Position numbers and translations under genes: made by a program. The notes under the pieces are model-generated. The model saw only the letters and a list, made by a program, of their open reading frames with translations, ran no database searches and was not told where the DNA came from. A stretch of DNA of 64,000 nt, taken from positions 186,001 to 250,000 of IMG/VR virus record IMGVR_UViG_3300028840_002431. The stretch is one strand, 5' to 3'. Shown in pieces: positions 43,854 to 53,393 of this stretch. The stretch's first letter is position 1. Each line of letters begins with the position of its first letter.

Positions 43854-44078
43854 ATGGTCGGCATAATAATATTCGTCGTAGCCGCAGTTCTGCTAACGGT
43901 TTGGACTTCGCCGTGGCACCCTAAAGAATCGCCTATCAGAAAACTCACGCATAATTATCTCGGATGGCATACCGTGAGCAAAGATCAAACCCAATGGCAC
44001 GACGGCGCTTCGTTCCACTGTGTTTGTGATCAATGCGGCAAAGAGGTAATGCAGGACAGCCAGGGAAACTGGTTCTAA
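43854..44078 (+). CDS. membrane-anchored Zn-ribbon protein
   Basis: TM plus CDQCGKEVMQDSQGNWF. Confidence 0.65.
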   Translation: MVGIIIFVVAAVLLTVWTSPWHPKESPIRKLTHNYLGWHTVSKDQTQWHDGASFHCVCDQCGKEVMQDSQGNWF

Positions 44079-44110
44079 CACGGGCCGAGAGCGGTGTAAT
44101 ATATGTAGCC

Positions 44111-44335
44111 ATGCACACCGCTTTCACAAGGCTACTCTGTCTCGTCTTTGGCCATAAGTGGTATTGGTTTTTGGCCAAAGGCGATGACGGAGAACCCGGC
44201 GAGGACAAGTGCTTTCGCTGCGGACTCAGAAGAGACAACCATGACCTGCCATGCCGGTGTGTCACAAGAGGGTGCCGGTGTACGCCCGGTGGTGTAATTA
44301 AATACTACCACCCCGACGAACGGAGCCTTTACTGA
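44111..44335 (+). CDS. small Cys-rich protein (DUF1660-like start)
   Basis: LLCLVFGHKW...CFRCG; class B motif at 44092. Confidence 0.55.
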   Translation: MHTAFTRLLCLVFGHKWYWFLAKGDDGEPGEDKCFRCGLRRDNHDLPCRCVTRGCRCTPGGVIKYYHPDERSLY

Positions 44336-44619
44336 TGGATAGATTCTGTCAATCTTGTGGGTTGGACCCGGTTAAAAACCCGAATCTACCGGCCAGCGCC
44401 CCAACCGAGATGCGAGAACTACATGAGATCCCTATCTTGTTGGGAATCCCCGGAGAGAAAAAGAATCAAATCGGGAGGCTGAAACTGTGTAGCTGGTGTT
44501 GTTCCGGCCTCCGGGAGCATTTCTTGGACCCTTACAAAGAGGAGCACGGCACACGGCTGGGGGTGTTAGAGGGTAAACTCGCAGAGATCAAAGCGGTAAT
44601 TGAGAGGCAAGATGGGTAG
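44335..44619 (+). CDS. hypothetical protein
   Basis: CQSC...CSWC. Confidence 0.6.
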   Translation: MDRFCQSCGLDPVKNPNLPASAPTEMRELHEIPILLGIPGEKKNQIGRLKLCSWCCSGLREHFLDPYKEEHGTRLGVLEGKLAEIKAVIERQDG

Positions 44620-44779
44620 GAAACGTAAGCTCAAGTGGACCGAGTACAGAAAACGTCGGTGCTATTCGATGCACCATTGCGATATCTGCGGGAAGACTAT
44701 CTACAGCGGTGAAGAATATTACGATGGAGGGTACGGGAAGCGTGCCCACATCTCATGTGCAGAGAAGGCCGAGAAGTGA
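44612..44779 (+). CDS. small Zn-finger protein
   Basis: HCDICGKTIYSGEEY...HISC. Confidence 0.6.
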   Translation: MGRKRKLKWTEYRKRRCYSMHHCDICGKTIYSGEEYYDGGYGKRAHISCAEKAEK

Positions 44780-44875
44780 TCTGGTACGAACCGATGCGAC
44801 TCGTTGCTATAGTTTGGCACGGAGGCGTCCCCACGACGACCACGTACGAGACAACCTATCCTGTTTGGTGTTCAG

Positions 44876-45148
44876 ATGACATGCGCCATATGCGAGAGAG
44901 ACCCAGAGAGCCTAGAGAAGCACCACTTCGAGGCGGGTCGGAAGAAAAAAAGCAATGATGGTGTTATGGTTTGCCACCAATGCGGCGACCAACTTCACCT
45001 GATGTTCTCCAACCGGGAGTTGAGAACCAAATACAACACCTTGGAAAGGATACTAGCCAGCCCCAAGATCCAGGGTTACGTTGCGTGGGTGAAGAATCGA
45101 CCGGCCGGGGCGCACTACACTACGAAACGCAAGAAGAAAAGAGGGTGA
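44876..45148 (+). CDS. HNH-like nuclease domain protein
   Basis: CAIC...HH...CHQC...H..FSN.EL. Confidence 0.7.
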   Translation: MTCAICERDPESLEKHHFEAGRKKKSNDGVMVCHQCGDQLHLMFSNRELRTKYNTLERILASPKIQGYVAWVKNRPAGAHYTTKRKKKRG

Positions 45149-45149
45149 T

Positions 45150-45383
45150 GTGGCAGAAAGAAGGGTCTCGGTATCCAACAGCTTCACAGAAGCAGAAGTC
45201 AAAATCCTAACTTTCATCTTCAAGGCTTTGCAGAGAGGCGGCGACCCAAAGATGGCCGTACGCAATCCGGCCTTTGCCAATCTCAGCGCCAAAGTCATCC
45301 GAATGGATCACAAGTTGGAAGAGGCCAAGAAGAAACGGGAAGCCGCTGAGTTGAAACCCGACGAGATACCCAAAGAAGAGTAA
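45150..45383 (+). CDS. hypothetical protein
   Basis: SD GAGG, GTG start. Confidence 0.6.
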   Translation: MAERRVSVSNSFTEAEVKILTFIFKALQRGGDPKMAVRNPAFANLSAKVIRMDHKLEEAKKKREAAELKPDEIPKEE

Positions 45384-45385
45384 CG

Positions 45386-45706
45386 ATGCGTATGAGGGAA
45401 AGCAAAGAGTACAAGGAGTTGATGGCCGCCTTTCACCATCTCTGGACCAAATATACCCACGAAGCCGGATACGATAAACAGGAATGGAAGAGGCTCGGCA
45501 TCGCCGTAGAACGAATGGTCGATAAAGCCAGGGAGAGGGTCTTCGACGAGGCAGACGAGTTCGGCATCACCGAAGAAGACGAAAGACGAGTGCTCCAACT
45601 CCTCAGGCAAGGCCGGGAGTTACGTGAGTCCATGCGTGATGTCACGAGCAAGCTCAGGGGTTCGAGAAAAGGAGAGTCCCTGTGGGACCACCTGAGAGGT
45701 GACTAG
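45386..45706 (+). CDS. hypothetical protein
   Basis: ends SLWDHLRGD. Confidence 0.7.
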   Translation: MRMRESKEYKELMAAFHHLWTKYTHEAGYDKQEWKRLGIAVERMVDKARERVFDEADEFGITEEDERRVLQLLRQGRELRESMRDVTSKLRGSRKGESLWDHLRGD

Positions 45707-45710
45707 ATAG

Positions 45711-46046
45711 ATGATATTAGACAAGCCGGTAAAAGCTCAGTGTACGGTATGCGGGTATTGGGGTCGCTCGAAGAACCCGGAGCGTTACAGGTGTGGGGCC
45801 TGTTATTACTCAGCCTGGGCGGCTGGGGAAAGAAGGAACGCTGCCAGATATAAAAAGCTCGCAGCCAAAGCTCTTGCCAAGGCCAAGGATTGTGAGCAGA
45901 AGGCCAAGGCTTTTATGGACAATCACCCCGACGCCGGGGTACGAGAACCGACTTCAATCTCCGTAGAGCCAGCGCTGGGCGTCGCATCGACGACTACCGA
46001 AGAAGAGGCCGCGAACCCACCACAGGGCGTCGATAACGGCGCATAA
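45711..46046 (+). CDS. hypothetical protein
   Basis: CTVC...CGAC. Confidence 0.55.
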   Translation: MILDKPVKAQCTVCGYWGRSKNPERYRCGACYYSAWAAGERRNAARYKKLAAKALAKAKDCEQKAKAFMDNHPDAGVREPTSISVEPALGVASTTTEEEAANPPQGVDNGA

Positions 46047-46346
46047 CGCAAACGGCAGAATCCATAGCCAATACTCGTACGGGACAACTATGAGCGCTAT
46101 TCCCACCAGGATCTCGACAACCATGACCCCGTAGATCGGCGCGGCCATGATATCGCTTTTGGGGCTGAGCGGCGGCCCGGATGACCAAGCGCAACGAGCA
46201 AAGTAGAATCTCTTCTCGTGGACGTGTGGGTAAGGCCATAAGCCCAGAGGCTTTCGACCAGCCCGCCACGCAAAGAAAAGATGCCCGGCCTCATGGACCG
46301 TGTTCTGGAAGAGCCAAGCGGGGAGGAACATAAGAAGCCACCACAT
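45954..46346 (-). CDS. membrane HExxH protein (M50-like metalloprotease)
   Basis: VHEAGH in hydrophobic context; several TM segments. Confidence 0.6.
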   Translation of the reverse strand: MWWLLMFLPAWLFQNTVHEAGHLFFAWRAGRKPLGLWPYPHVHEKRFYFARCAWSSGPPLSPKSDIMAAPIYGVMVVEILVGIALIVVPYEYWLWILPFALCAVIDALWWVRGLFFGSRRCDAQRWLYGD

Positions 46347-46383
46347 GATAACACCTCGAACATGTGGTTTTACCAGTGGCTTA

Positions 46384-46575
46384 TTACTCTTCGTCTTCCG
46401 CTATAACCTTGGTAATGTAATAATCCGCTATCTTGTTAGCCACGCTCCACAGGGAACCCATATCCACGTGATCGGGAACAAATCCCTCTGGCCATCTTCC
46501 AGTCGTCTGAGCAACACGAAAAGCCTTTATATGTTCCTTGTCGGAGGGGTCAAACCATTGATAAAGAGTCGTCAT
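46384..46575 (-). CDS. hypothetical protein
   Basis: in - strand cluster. Confidence 0.6.
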   Translation of the reverse strand: MTTLYQWFDPSDKEHIKAFRVAQTTGRWPEGFVPDHVDMGSLWSVANKIADYYITKVIAEDEE

Positions 46576-46579
46576 CTGT

Positions 46580-46777
46580 TCATGAGTGCGGTCGGTCCGT
46601 TACCCACCTTTCGTCCTTCTTTGCTTCAACTTTATACCCCTTGCGCCTCATATAGATTAACACCTCTCTGAACGGCTTCCCCATCGTCCAGTTCAAAATC
46701 GGGGCCGACTCAACGACAACGCCGTCCTGAACCACGAGTCCTGCGCAATAGTGGGGCGCTGTGATTCTGACCAACAC
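46580..46777 (-). CDS. hypothetical phage protein
   Basis: APHYCAGL...APIL.W..G. Confidence 0.65.
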   Translation of the reverse strand: MLVRITAPHYCAGLVVQDGVVVESAPILNWTMGKPFREVLIYMRRKGYKVEAKKDERWVTDRPHS

Positions 46778-47227
46778 TCAAAGAAACTCCACATGGACCA
46801 TTATCTGACTGTCGTTCATGTGGTCGATGTGCCACTCAGTGTACTGTTTGTCTAACTCTATTATTTCCTCAACACCAAGTTCCGTCTGAACGTAGACCCA
46901 CAACTTTTGATGCTCGATGGCCCGATGGAATTTACAGTCAGGGCACCTGGATATATCAATGAAGTCCTTGCTCACATCAAGCCTGAGACTCGCGGCCCCG
47001 TCCCCAAAGACCTCCGTGATCTTCTCGAATACTTTCCCGACGAGATGAAGGTGTGAAGGGAAACACCCGAAAAACGCACGCACGTCTTTATCGTCTTTCC
47101 CATTGACCACGAGCTTACGTGCGGGACACGGCAACATCGTATAGTCGCTGCCACAAAGACAACACTCATCCCCGTGGGCCGTACACGGGCAATGGCCCCT
47201 GAGATTTGAATAGAAGGTGTCACTCAT
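46778..47227 (-). CDS. hypothetical protein
   Basis: Cys-rich N-terminus. Confidence 0.6.
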   Translation of the reverse strand: MSDTFYSNLRGHCPCTAHGDECCLCGSDYTMLPCPARKLVVNGKDDKDVRAFFGCFPSHLHLVGKVFEKITEVFGDGAASLRLDVSKDFIDISRCPDCKFHRAIEHQKLWVYVQTELGVEEIIELDKQYTEWHIDHMNDSQIMVHVEFL

Positions 47228-47456
47228 AATCGAAACGTCGTGGTTTTATCTCGGCCAAAGGGTCGCCTCCGTGTACCCCAAGTCTTTCCAGAGCGTTGAC
47301 AGCGCAACGGAAGTCACCCGCGAGGTCTTTTTGGCCCAGCACGTTCTGTATGCTTGAAAGCGCCCGAGACATCTCCAGGAGAACACGCTTACGTCTCCTG
47401 GTCGGAAGGTAGGCCCAACGTGAGCACGGGTCGTTCGAGTTGTATCGTTGTGGCAT
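47220..47456 (-). CDS. hypothetical protein
   Basis: overlapping start/stop. Confidence 0.45.
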   Translation of the reverse strand: MPQRYNSNDPCSRWAYLPTRRRKRVLLEMSRALSSIQNVLGQKDLAGDFRCAVNALERLGVHGGDPLAEIKPRRFDYE

Positions 47457-47529
47457 GTTAAATTGGAAAGAGCCAACTGGTGTCGGTGTCTAACCCGCAC
47501 ATCTCCACGCCTTGCGGCACGATTACCAG

Positions 47530-47784
47530 TCAGCCCTTCTTATCCTTTCTATCAAAAGGTTCTGGGACTTTCCACCCATGTTTATCCTTCATGTGTTTTA
47601 GGTGACTCGTCAGGTCGCTGTGCCTGACGCTTGCTCTCCTACAGTTGTCTCTTTCGCACGGGACCTGAACCACCTGCCCTCGCCACACCGCGAGATGGTG
47701 GCAGTCCAATGGCTTCTTGAGCGGTTTGCATATAGGGCAAATCCATACATCAACACCCCAAGGCGTGTCGGTACAAGTCGGCAT
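47530..47784 (-). CDS. Zn-finger protein
   Basis: CPIC; C..C...HL.H...H. Confidence 0.55.
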   Translation of the reverse strand: MPTCTDTPWGVDVWICPICKPLKKPLDCHHLAVWRGQVVQVPCERDNCRRASVRHSDLTSHLKHMKDKHGWKVPEPFDRKDKKG

Positions 47785-47787
47785 TCA

Positions 47788-48408
47788 TCAGGCACCATCT
47801 CTCACGTAATCGAAATACGACCGCATGGGAGCCGCACACTTCGAGCATCGTATTTGGGAACCGGAAGACGACTCCACGGTCATTGTGGACAGATGGTCAC
47901 ACCCGTCTCTGAAAGCGGATGTGTGGAAACGTATATCCTTTTCTGTCGCAACGGCGACAAACCCGTTCGGATGCAAGACCTTGAACTTATTGTCGGCCGC
48001 GTCCACGAACAGCATGGCTCTCTCCGTCGCGGGAGGTCTAACGGTTTTGGTTTCGAGCTTCACAATCTCTTCTAGTTCCGCCGCGAGATCACACGCAGAC
48101 ACCGTGAGACCGAAGCCGTTAACACTTCGAACTTGCAGAGAAAGGACGGCTCCATAGCTCACCCAAGGAGTAATATGAATCGTGCGACGAACAACGTTGG
48201 TTCCCAAGTCTTCGTGAACCCTGTTGGTGCAATCTAACACCTGACCGTTGAGCGACACGCGATCCTCTACTACAGCGGCATTGGTGGGAAAAGTCGCGTT
48301 TGAGTGAACGGTGTACCGCCCTGGCTGTGGAACGGTGAGGTCGATCACGTCGATCCACACACTCGACGATGTCGAAAACGGCACCGCTCCGATCACTTGC
48401 CACTGCAT
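47788..48408 (-). CDS. hypothetical protein
   Basis: ATG 9 nt after class B motif. Confidence 0.65.
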   Translation of the reverse strand: MQWQVIGAVPFSTSSSVWIDVIDLTVPQPGRYTVHSNATFPTNAAVVEDRVSLNGQVLDCTNRVHEDLGTNVVRRTIHITPWVSYGAVLSLQVRSVNGFGLTVSACDLAAELEEIVKLETKTVRPPATERAMLFVDAADNKFKVLHPNGFVAVATEKDIRFHTSAFRDGCDHLSTMTVESSSGSQIRCSKCAAPMRSYFDYVRDGA

Positions 48409-48416
48409 CCTTTACA

Positions 48417-48439
48417 ATTACACCGCTTTTCGGTGTAAT
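48417..48439. promoter_or_regulatory. palindromic back-to-back class B motifs
   Basis: ATTACACCG-CTTTT-CGGTGTAAT between divergent ATGs 48408 and 48447. Confidence 0.7.
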
Positions 48440-48446
48440 TCTAGCT

Positions 48447-48881
48447 ATGATTATCAACCTCCTAGGCCCACACGCGATCTTACACCCGTACGCGGACCGG
48501 GAAAGGGACACGTTCAGCGTCTTGACCTACGACACGCGGAAAGACGGGCTAACTTCACTCTTTAACGGTCTGGTGTACGAAGAGGTCGGAGGCTCCCACA
48601 AACACATCCTCCAAGACGATCTCTGTATGGTTTGTGACGGCGTCTTGAGAACAGTGGTGCCCGTCCAGACGAGCAAGGTGTTCAAATGCGGGCACGTCTG
48701 GATAGACCCGGCTCTCAAAGGCGAGCCAGAGAAAGAACGCCAACGCATTTCAACCATCAAATTGCAGGATGGGATGCTGGTCGTTCAGGACGACAAGAAC
48801 ATCGTACTGGCCGACTTGTCTCTCGATATCGAGCTACATAACCCCGAACTCCAAACTCTGTGGGACCACCTGAAACTCTAG
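48447..48881 (+). CDS. hypothetical protein
   Basis: ATG 8 nt after class B motif; ends QTLWDHLKL. Confidence 0.7.
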   Translation: MIINLLGPHAILHPYADRERDTFSVLTYDTRKDGLTSLFNGLVYEEVGGSHKHILQDDLCMVCDGVLRTVVPVQTSKVFKCGHVWIDPALKGEPEKERQRISTIKLQDGMLVVQDDKNIVLADLSLDIELHNPELQTLWDHLKL

Positions 48882-48966
48882 GGATTACCGCGAGTTAGAA
48901 ATTTCTAACACCCGGTTCTTACGTAGAGTGGGGGTCCGGTGTAATACTAGGGTACCGGAGATCCTT

Positions 48967-49386
48967 ATGCCTCGAAAACGCAAGACTGTACACATACTTG
49001 CCCGTCTGGAACAGGTTGGAGATCCCGACGATGGGATGCGGTCGGTCAAAACCGGCTGTACAGACGGCCACGGCAATACCAAAATCGCGGTGCTTAGCGA
49101 CGAAAACGTCCTGGGTGTCGATGAGGAGTGGACCGAAGAGTGGCCCACGAAGCCGGGCGACTATCTGTTCTACGGCGACTACGTCTCTCTTAAGGAGAGG
49201 TCGTTCTGGCCTCGCTTTCACATCTGCCACGTCGGTAAAAGCGGCGACGGTAAAGTGATGCGGGACGCGGGAGGCCAATTCTTATACAAGAGCGAGGCTT
49301 ACGGCGTCTTCAAACCCCTCGTCACACAACCTGTGCCCGATCTTCCAAACCTAAGAAAGAAAAAGGAGGCCAAAGATGGCCAGTAA
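48967..49386 (+). CDS. hypothetical protein
   Basis: class B motif 48937-46; WTEEWPTKPG.Y.FYG. Confidence 0.7.
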   Translation: MPRKRKTVHILARLEQVGDPDDGMRSVKTGCTDGHGNTKIAVLSDENVLGVDEEWTEEWPTKPGDYLFYGDYVSLKERSFWPRFHICHVGKSGDGKVMRDAGGQFLYKSEAYGVFKPLVTQPVPDLPNLRKKKEAKDGQ

Positions 49387-49690
49387 CGACACTTCTGTGG
49401 GCCAAGCCCTTTTCACTCTCGCTTTCGCCCTGTTTCTCATTTTCTTCGTCCCATGTCGCGGATGTATGGTTGACGATGAAGCGCCAGTAAAGGCGGTGTT
49501 GAAGACACACGGTTTCTCGAACTACCAGATCCACGACAAGGACTGGTTCGTTGTCGGCTTCCGTGGTTGTCAGGCCGACGAAGCCGCCAAGTTCGAGGTC
49601 ACGGCCACCAACCCAAGCGGCAAAAAAGTCGATTTCCTGGTGTGTACCGGCTGGCCTTTCAAGGGCGGCACCATCCGTTCGGACTGGTGA
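49376..49690 (+). CDS. putative lipoprotein/membrane protein
   Basis: SD AAGGAGG; TM; GC...F.ATNP.G..V...VC.G..KG.TIR. Confidence 0.7.
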   Translation: MASNDTSVGQALFTLAFALFLIFFVPCRGCMVDDEAPVKAVLKTHGFSNYQIHDKDWFVVGFRGCQADEAAKFEVTATNPSGKKVDFLVCTGWPFKGGTIRSDW

Positions 49691-49693
49691 TCC

Positions 49694-50737
49694 ATGATCT
49701 TTCTAACCCTACTGATCTTCCCGGTCCTGGTGGCCCTCGTGCTTTTCTTTGTCGGGAAGCACACCATCACGCTGAAAGAGTTTTTGATCCACATAGCCGC
49801 GCAGGTTCTCGTGGCCGGGGCGTCCGTCGGCATCATTTATTGGATGGACACCTCTGACACAGAAATCTGGAACGGCCGGATCACCAACAAGAGAAAGGTC
49901 CAGGTCCCCTGTTCGCACAGTTACCAGTGCAACTGTCGCCCCTCGTGCTCCGGGAGCGGTAAGAACCGCACCTGTACAACCGTGTGTGACACCTGTTACC
50001 GGCATCTTTTCGACTTCGACTGGCGGCTTTACCTGAGCACCAACGAGACTATCAACATCCGTCGGGTGAATGAACAGGGCACCCGCGAACCACCACGATT
50101 CACGAGAGCCAAGATCGGAGAGCCGACCTCAACTGCCCACAGTTACACGAACTATATCAAGGGTTCGTCGGACTCCCTCTTCAAGAAACACGGGCTTGTC
50201 GAGCAATTCAAAGGCGCGTTTCCTCCCTACCCTGGCAGCATTTACGACTACCACCGGTTGGACCGCGCCATAGGCGTACCCAAGGATTGGAGTCTGGCCC
50301 TGTCGGAACTCAACGCGGATCTTGGGGCCATCAAACAGGTCAACATCATATTCATCGCCACGACCCAGAAAGACTCCATGTTCGGGGAGGCCCTGGAACA
50401 GAAGTGGCTCGGAGGTAAGAAGAACGACGTGGTAGCTATCGTCGGCACCTCTGGGAAGACGATCAAGTGGGCATATGTTATCGCATGGACCGACAAGGAA
50501 CTCTTCAAGGTCTCGCTGCGAGATGCTCTCATGGAAGTGGGGGAACTGGACAAAGATAAAGTGATGAAGGCTATTCGGACCAACGTATCCAAACACTATG
50601 TCCGAAAGCCCATGGCAGATTTCGAATACTTGAGGGCATCAATCACCCCGTCGGTGTTGCAATGGGTGATCGCCATGCTGATAGGACTCGTCATCTCAGG
50701 GATACTAGGCTTCGTGTTCTGGAAACACGACATTTAA
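49694..50737 (+). CDS. multi-pass membrane protein with Cys-rich loop
   Basis: two N-terminal TMs, CSHSYQCNC...CDTCY, W.GGKKND, C-terminal TM. Confidence 0.75.
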   Translation: MIFLTLLIFPVLVALVLFFVGKHTITLKEFLIHIAAQVLVAGASVGIIYWMDTSDTEIWNGRITNKRKVQVPCSHSYQCNCRPSCSGSGKNRTCTTVCDTCYRHLFDFDWRLYLSTNETINIRRVNEQGTREPPRFTRAKIGEPTSTAHSYTNYIKGSSDSLFKKHGLVEQFKGAFPPYPGSIYDYHRLDRAIGVPKDWSLALSELNADLGAIKQVNIIFIATTQKDSMFGEALEQKWLGGKKNDVVAIVGTSGKTIKWAYVIAWTDKELFKVSLRDALMEVGELDKDKVMKAIRTNVSKHYVRKPMADFEYLRASITPSVLQWVIAMLIGLVISGILGFVFWKHDI

Positions 50738-50750
50738 CGGAGGTTACACA

Positions 50751-51308
50751 ATGAGCCGTGGAGCAATCATAGGCATAGGCGTTTTGTCCGTCATCGTTCT
50801 GTTTATCGTCATCGTCATCGCGTCGGTCATCGGAACGAACAACAGTTGCGTCGCTCAGGAAAAGGCCCTGGTCGCGCAATACGAGCAGAACAAGAACAAC
50901 TACGACAACATGTGGAAGAAGTTCAGGGAGGCGGCTGGCGTCACGAAGATGTACGCCGATGATTTGAAAAAGATCTACGACTCCGCCATTACCAAACGGT
51001 ACGGGGACGAAGGTTCCAAAGCCATGTTCCAATGGCTCAAGGAGCACAACCCCAACTTCGACTCCAAGTTGTATACTCAACTCCAACGGCTCATCGAGTC
51101 GGGCCGCAACTCCTTCGAGGCAAACCAGAAGATGCTCCTGGACAAGAAGCGGGTATACGAGACAGACCTGGATATCTTTCCCAACGGTGCCATCGCAAGA
51201 GCGTTAGGTTTCCCGAAGATCGACCTGGACAAGTACGGGATTGTTACATCCGACGAGACCGAATCGGCCTTCGAGACAAAGAAGAGCGGCCCAATCGAGT
51301 TACGATAG
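50751..51308 (+). CDS. membrane-anchored LemA-like protein
   Basis: TM plus helical domain, Y...LDIFPNGAIA..LGF. Confidence 0.65.
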   Translation: MSRGAIIGIGVLSVIVLFIVIVIASVIGTNNSCVAQEKALVAQYEQNKNNYDNMWKKFREAAGVTKMYADDLKKIYDSAITKRYGDEGSKAMFQWLKEHNPNFDSKLYTQLQRLIESGRNSFEANQKMLLDKKRVYETDLDIFPNGAIARALGFPKIDLDKYGIVTSDETESAFETKKSGPIELR

Positions 51309-51334
51309 ATTCTCTTTTCACGGTGTAGTATAAG

Positions 51335-51365
51335 AGGCCGGTCCCGCTGCCAGGGGCCGGTCTTT
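51335..51365 (+). terminator. hairpin, possible terminator
   Basis: AGGCCGGTCCC/GGGGCCGGTCT plus short T run; class B motif at 51321 directly upstream. Confidence 0.45.
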
Positions 51366-51480
51366 GTGTATGCATTGATGGTGAAAGAATTCAATGCTTT
51401 CCGTACCTTCTGATTATAACAGTTGCAGGGGTACTTATCGGATTACACTAGGAGAGGTACCTGTAAGATCGAGGAATTAT

Positions 51481-51942
51481 ATGACTCCAGAGGAACTAGC
51501 GACTAACGCGGAGACACAAAGGCATATTGATGTCGTCCGAAAATTCTTACGAGTCGTGGCCGTCATGCTTCTGGAACGTGGCGAAAAACACGATAGGTCC
51601 AAACTCGAACCGCCTGAGTTAGAAGGGTTCACGGAGTTTACACCCAAGCTCGCGGAATCGACGTACGGCAGTGACGAGTACAAAGGCTTCTTAGAGTCCA
51701 TGAAACCGACTCTCGACCATCATTACGGCCACAACCGCCACCACCCGGAGCACTTCCCCGATGGGATAGAGGGTATGAATCTGGTAGACATAGTCGAGAT
51801 GTTCTGCGACTGGAAGGCCGCCACGCTTCGTCACAATGACGGCAACATACTCCACAGCATCGGGGAGAACACCAAGAGGTTCCACATCAGCCCGCAACTG
51901 GCTGAAATCTTCAAGAACACCGCAGAGCTATTTGAAGAGTAG
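51481..51942 (+). CDS. HD-like protein (DUF5662-like)
   Basis: HDRSK...HHYGHNRHHPEH...EMFCDW.A. Confidence 0.75.
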   Translation: MTPEELATNAETQRHIDVVRKFLRVVAVMLLERGEKHDRSKLEPPELEGFTEFTPKLAESTYGSDEYKGFLESMKPTLDHHYGHNRHHPEHFPDGIEGMNLVDIVEMFCDWKAATLRHNDGNILHSIGENTKRFHISPQLAEIFKNTAELFEE

Positions 51943-52397
51943 TGCCCGACTTCGAGTTCACACCTGACCAACTCAAGGCCCTGGAAGCCCTGGACTGGCT
52001 CTACAGCGAAGACCACCGCCGGACCGGTCGGACCACGGTGCTGGCCTTCAACTTTCTTCGCCGTATCGTTTTAGAAAGTAGATTCGAAAGACACCGCCCC
52101 GGCGATGGTTGGATCACTGTCCACGACCACTACCCAAGCTGGGAGTCGGTAGAACACATGGCGAGTGTTATTATGCATATGGCCGCACGCGCCGGAATAG
52201 ACTCGGGGGCGATTGAGGTAAAACGACTGGGGCTGAGTGTGCAAATGAGGATGCGAGGCGATTATGTTCCAACGATCGAAGAGTTATGCAGCCTTGCCGA
52301 GTTAGGCGAGGTCACTTCTATACCAACGGAGCACGAGCTAGAGCCAGACCCGGAAGATACGGCTAATCTCTGGGATCACCTCACAGACCCTCAGTAG
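51942..52397 (+). CDS. hypothetical protein
   Basis: RRTGRTT degenerate P-loop-like; ends NLWDHLTDPQ. Confidence 0.65.
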   Translation: MPDFEFTPDQLKALEALDWLYSEDHRRTGRTTVLAFNFLRRIVLESRFERHRPGDGWITVHDHYPSWESVEHMASVIMHMAARAGIDSGAIEVKRLGLSVQMRMRGDYVPTIEELCSLAELGEVTSIPTEHELEPDPEDTANLWDHLTDPQ

Positions 52398-52842
52398 GGT
52401 CCCGGCGATCGTAAGACTCTGACGCGAGCTTGTGCTTCTCCAAGGCTTTTCTCAGCACGTCTTTCTGTCTCGCGCTCAGAGGTTGGCCCTTCTTGATCTG
52501 CTTTCCTATACTCTTCAAGAAGTTACGCATCCAGCCGTCATCTTTCGCAGCGTTGTAAAGCTTACGGAGGCGTTCCAGGAATTCCTCCCGTTTCTCGACG
52601 AGCTTACGCCGCTTCGAGTCGTCGAAAAGAACATCCCCGTGTCTACGTTTGATGTCTTCCAGGACGGCGCTTTGCTTCGGGCTGGGACCCCAGGAATCCA
52701 CGTCCTGGTGGTCAACCTGACGCCGAACGCTCTCCACGAACTTGGCACCTCTTTCGTCACCAAGCTCCCGGAGAGCTTCGACCATGTCTCCTAACTGAGT
52801 TAGGTACAGCTTGTATTCGCGGATGTATTCGTCTCTGCTCAC
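52381..52842 (-). CDS. hypothetical protein with two helical repeats
   Basis: FVESV..Q...SPKQ and FLKSI..Q...SARQ. Confidence 0.7.
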   Translation of the reverse strand: MSRDEYIREYKLYLTQLGDMVEALRELGDERGAKFVESVRRQVDHQDVDSWGPSPKQSAVLEDIKRRHGDVLFDDSKRRKLVEKREEFLERLRKLYNAAKDDGWMRNFLKSIGKQIKKGQPLSARQKDVLRKALEKHKLASESYDRRDPTEGL

Positions 52843-53045
52843 GCAAGAAGCTTTCTAACACCCAGCTTGATCAGAGCGTCCGCGTCCGCCGCGTTGAATC
52901 CAGAGTCGATCAGGTGTTTACGAACACCGTTGCGCCGGGCGACTAACATGGCCGCCACAGCGTTCTGAACACGAACCGTGACTTTCCCACCGGCTCTCTG
53001 AACGATTACGGCCGGTGCTGGTGCCTTTGGTTTAGCTGTTGCCAT
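52839..53045 (-). CDS. small basic protein
   Basis: SD AGGAGG. Confidence 0.7.
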   Translation of the reverse strand: MATAKPKAPAPAVIVQRAGGKVTVRVQNAVAAMLVARRNGVRKHLIDSGFNAADADALIKLGVRKLLA

Positions 53046-53087
53046 TTGGAGTCCTCCTATACCCTTGACGGTTTGTTTAGGAGAATC

Positions 53088-53393
53088 TCAATGCCGCGTC
53101 CACTTCCCATCCTCATACAAATACACCACATTTCTTTCCCGGAGATGGACGTGGTCCCAGAAGCCCTCAGGAGCCTCAATTGCCATTTCCCGGAGTTGCT
53201 TCTGTAGATGCTGGGTGTGTAGGCTGTCCTGTTCACTGGGGTGGAATAGGGTGGTCCACACGACATCGCTCTCGTCTTCCGGAGCGTCCAGGTCGAGCAC
53301 GGTCAAAAAATAATGCTTCAACGGATGGTCCCACCCGGCCATAACGGAGGCCCGCTTCCCGTTGTGCTTACAATCGAATACGACCTGACTCAT
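53088..53393 (-). CDS. hypothetical protein
   Basis: GWDHPL..YFLTV; ATGA coupling. Confidence 0.65.
   Translation of the reverse strand: MSQVVFDCKHNGKRASVMAGWDHPLKHYFLTVLDLDAPEDESDVVWTTLFHPSEQDSLHTQHLQKQLREMAIEAPEGFWDHVHLRERNVVYLYEDGKWTRH

Noticed and set aside
44876-45148. HNH ORF as a mobile homing endonuclease or intron marker
   Set aside because: It is only 90 aa, with no interrupted host gene or intron structure nearby.
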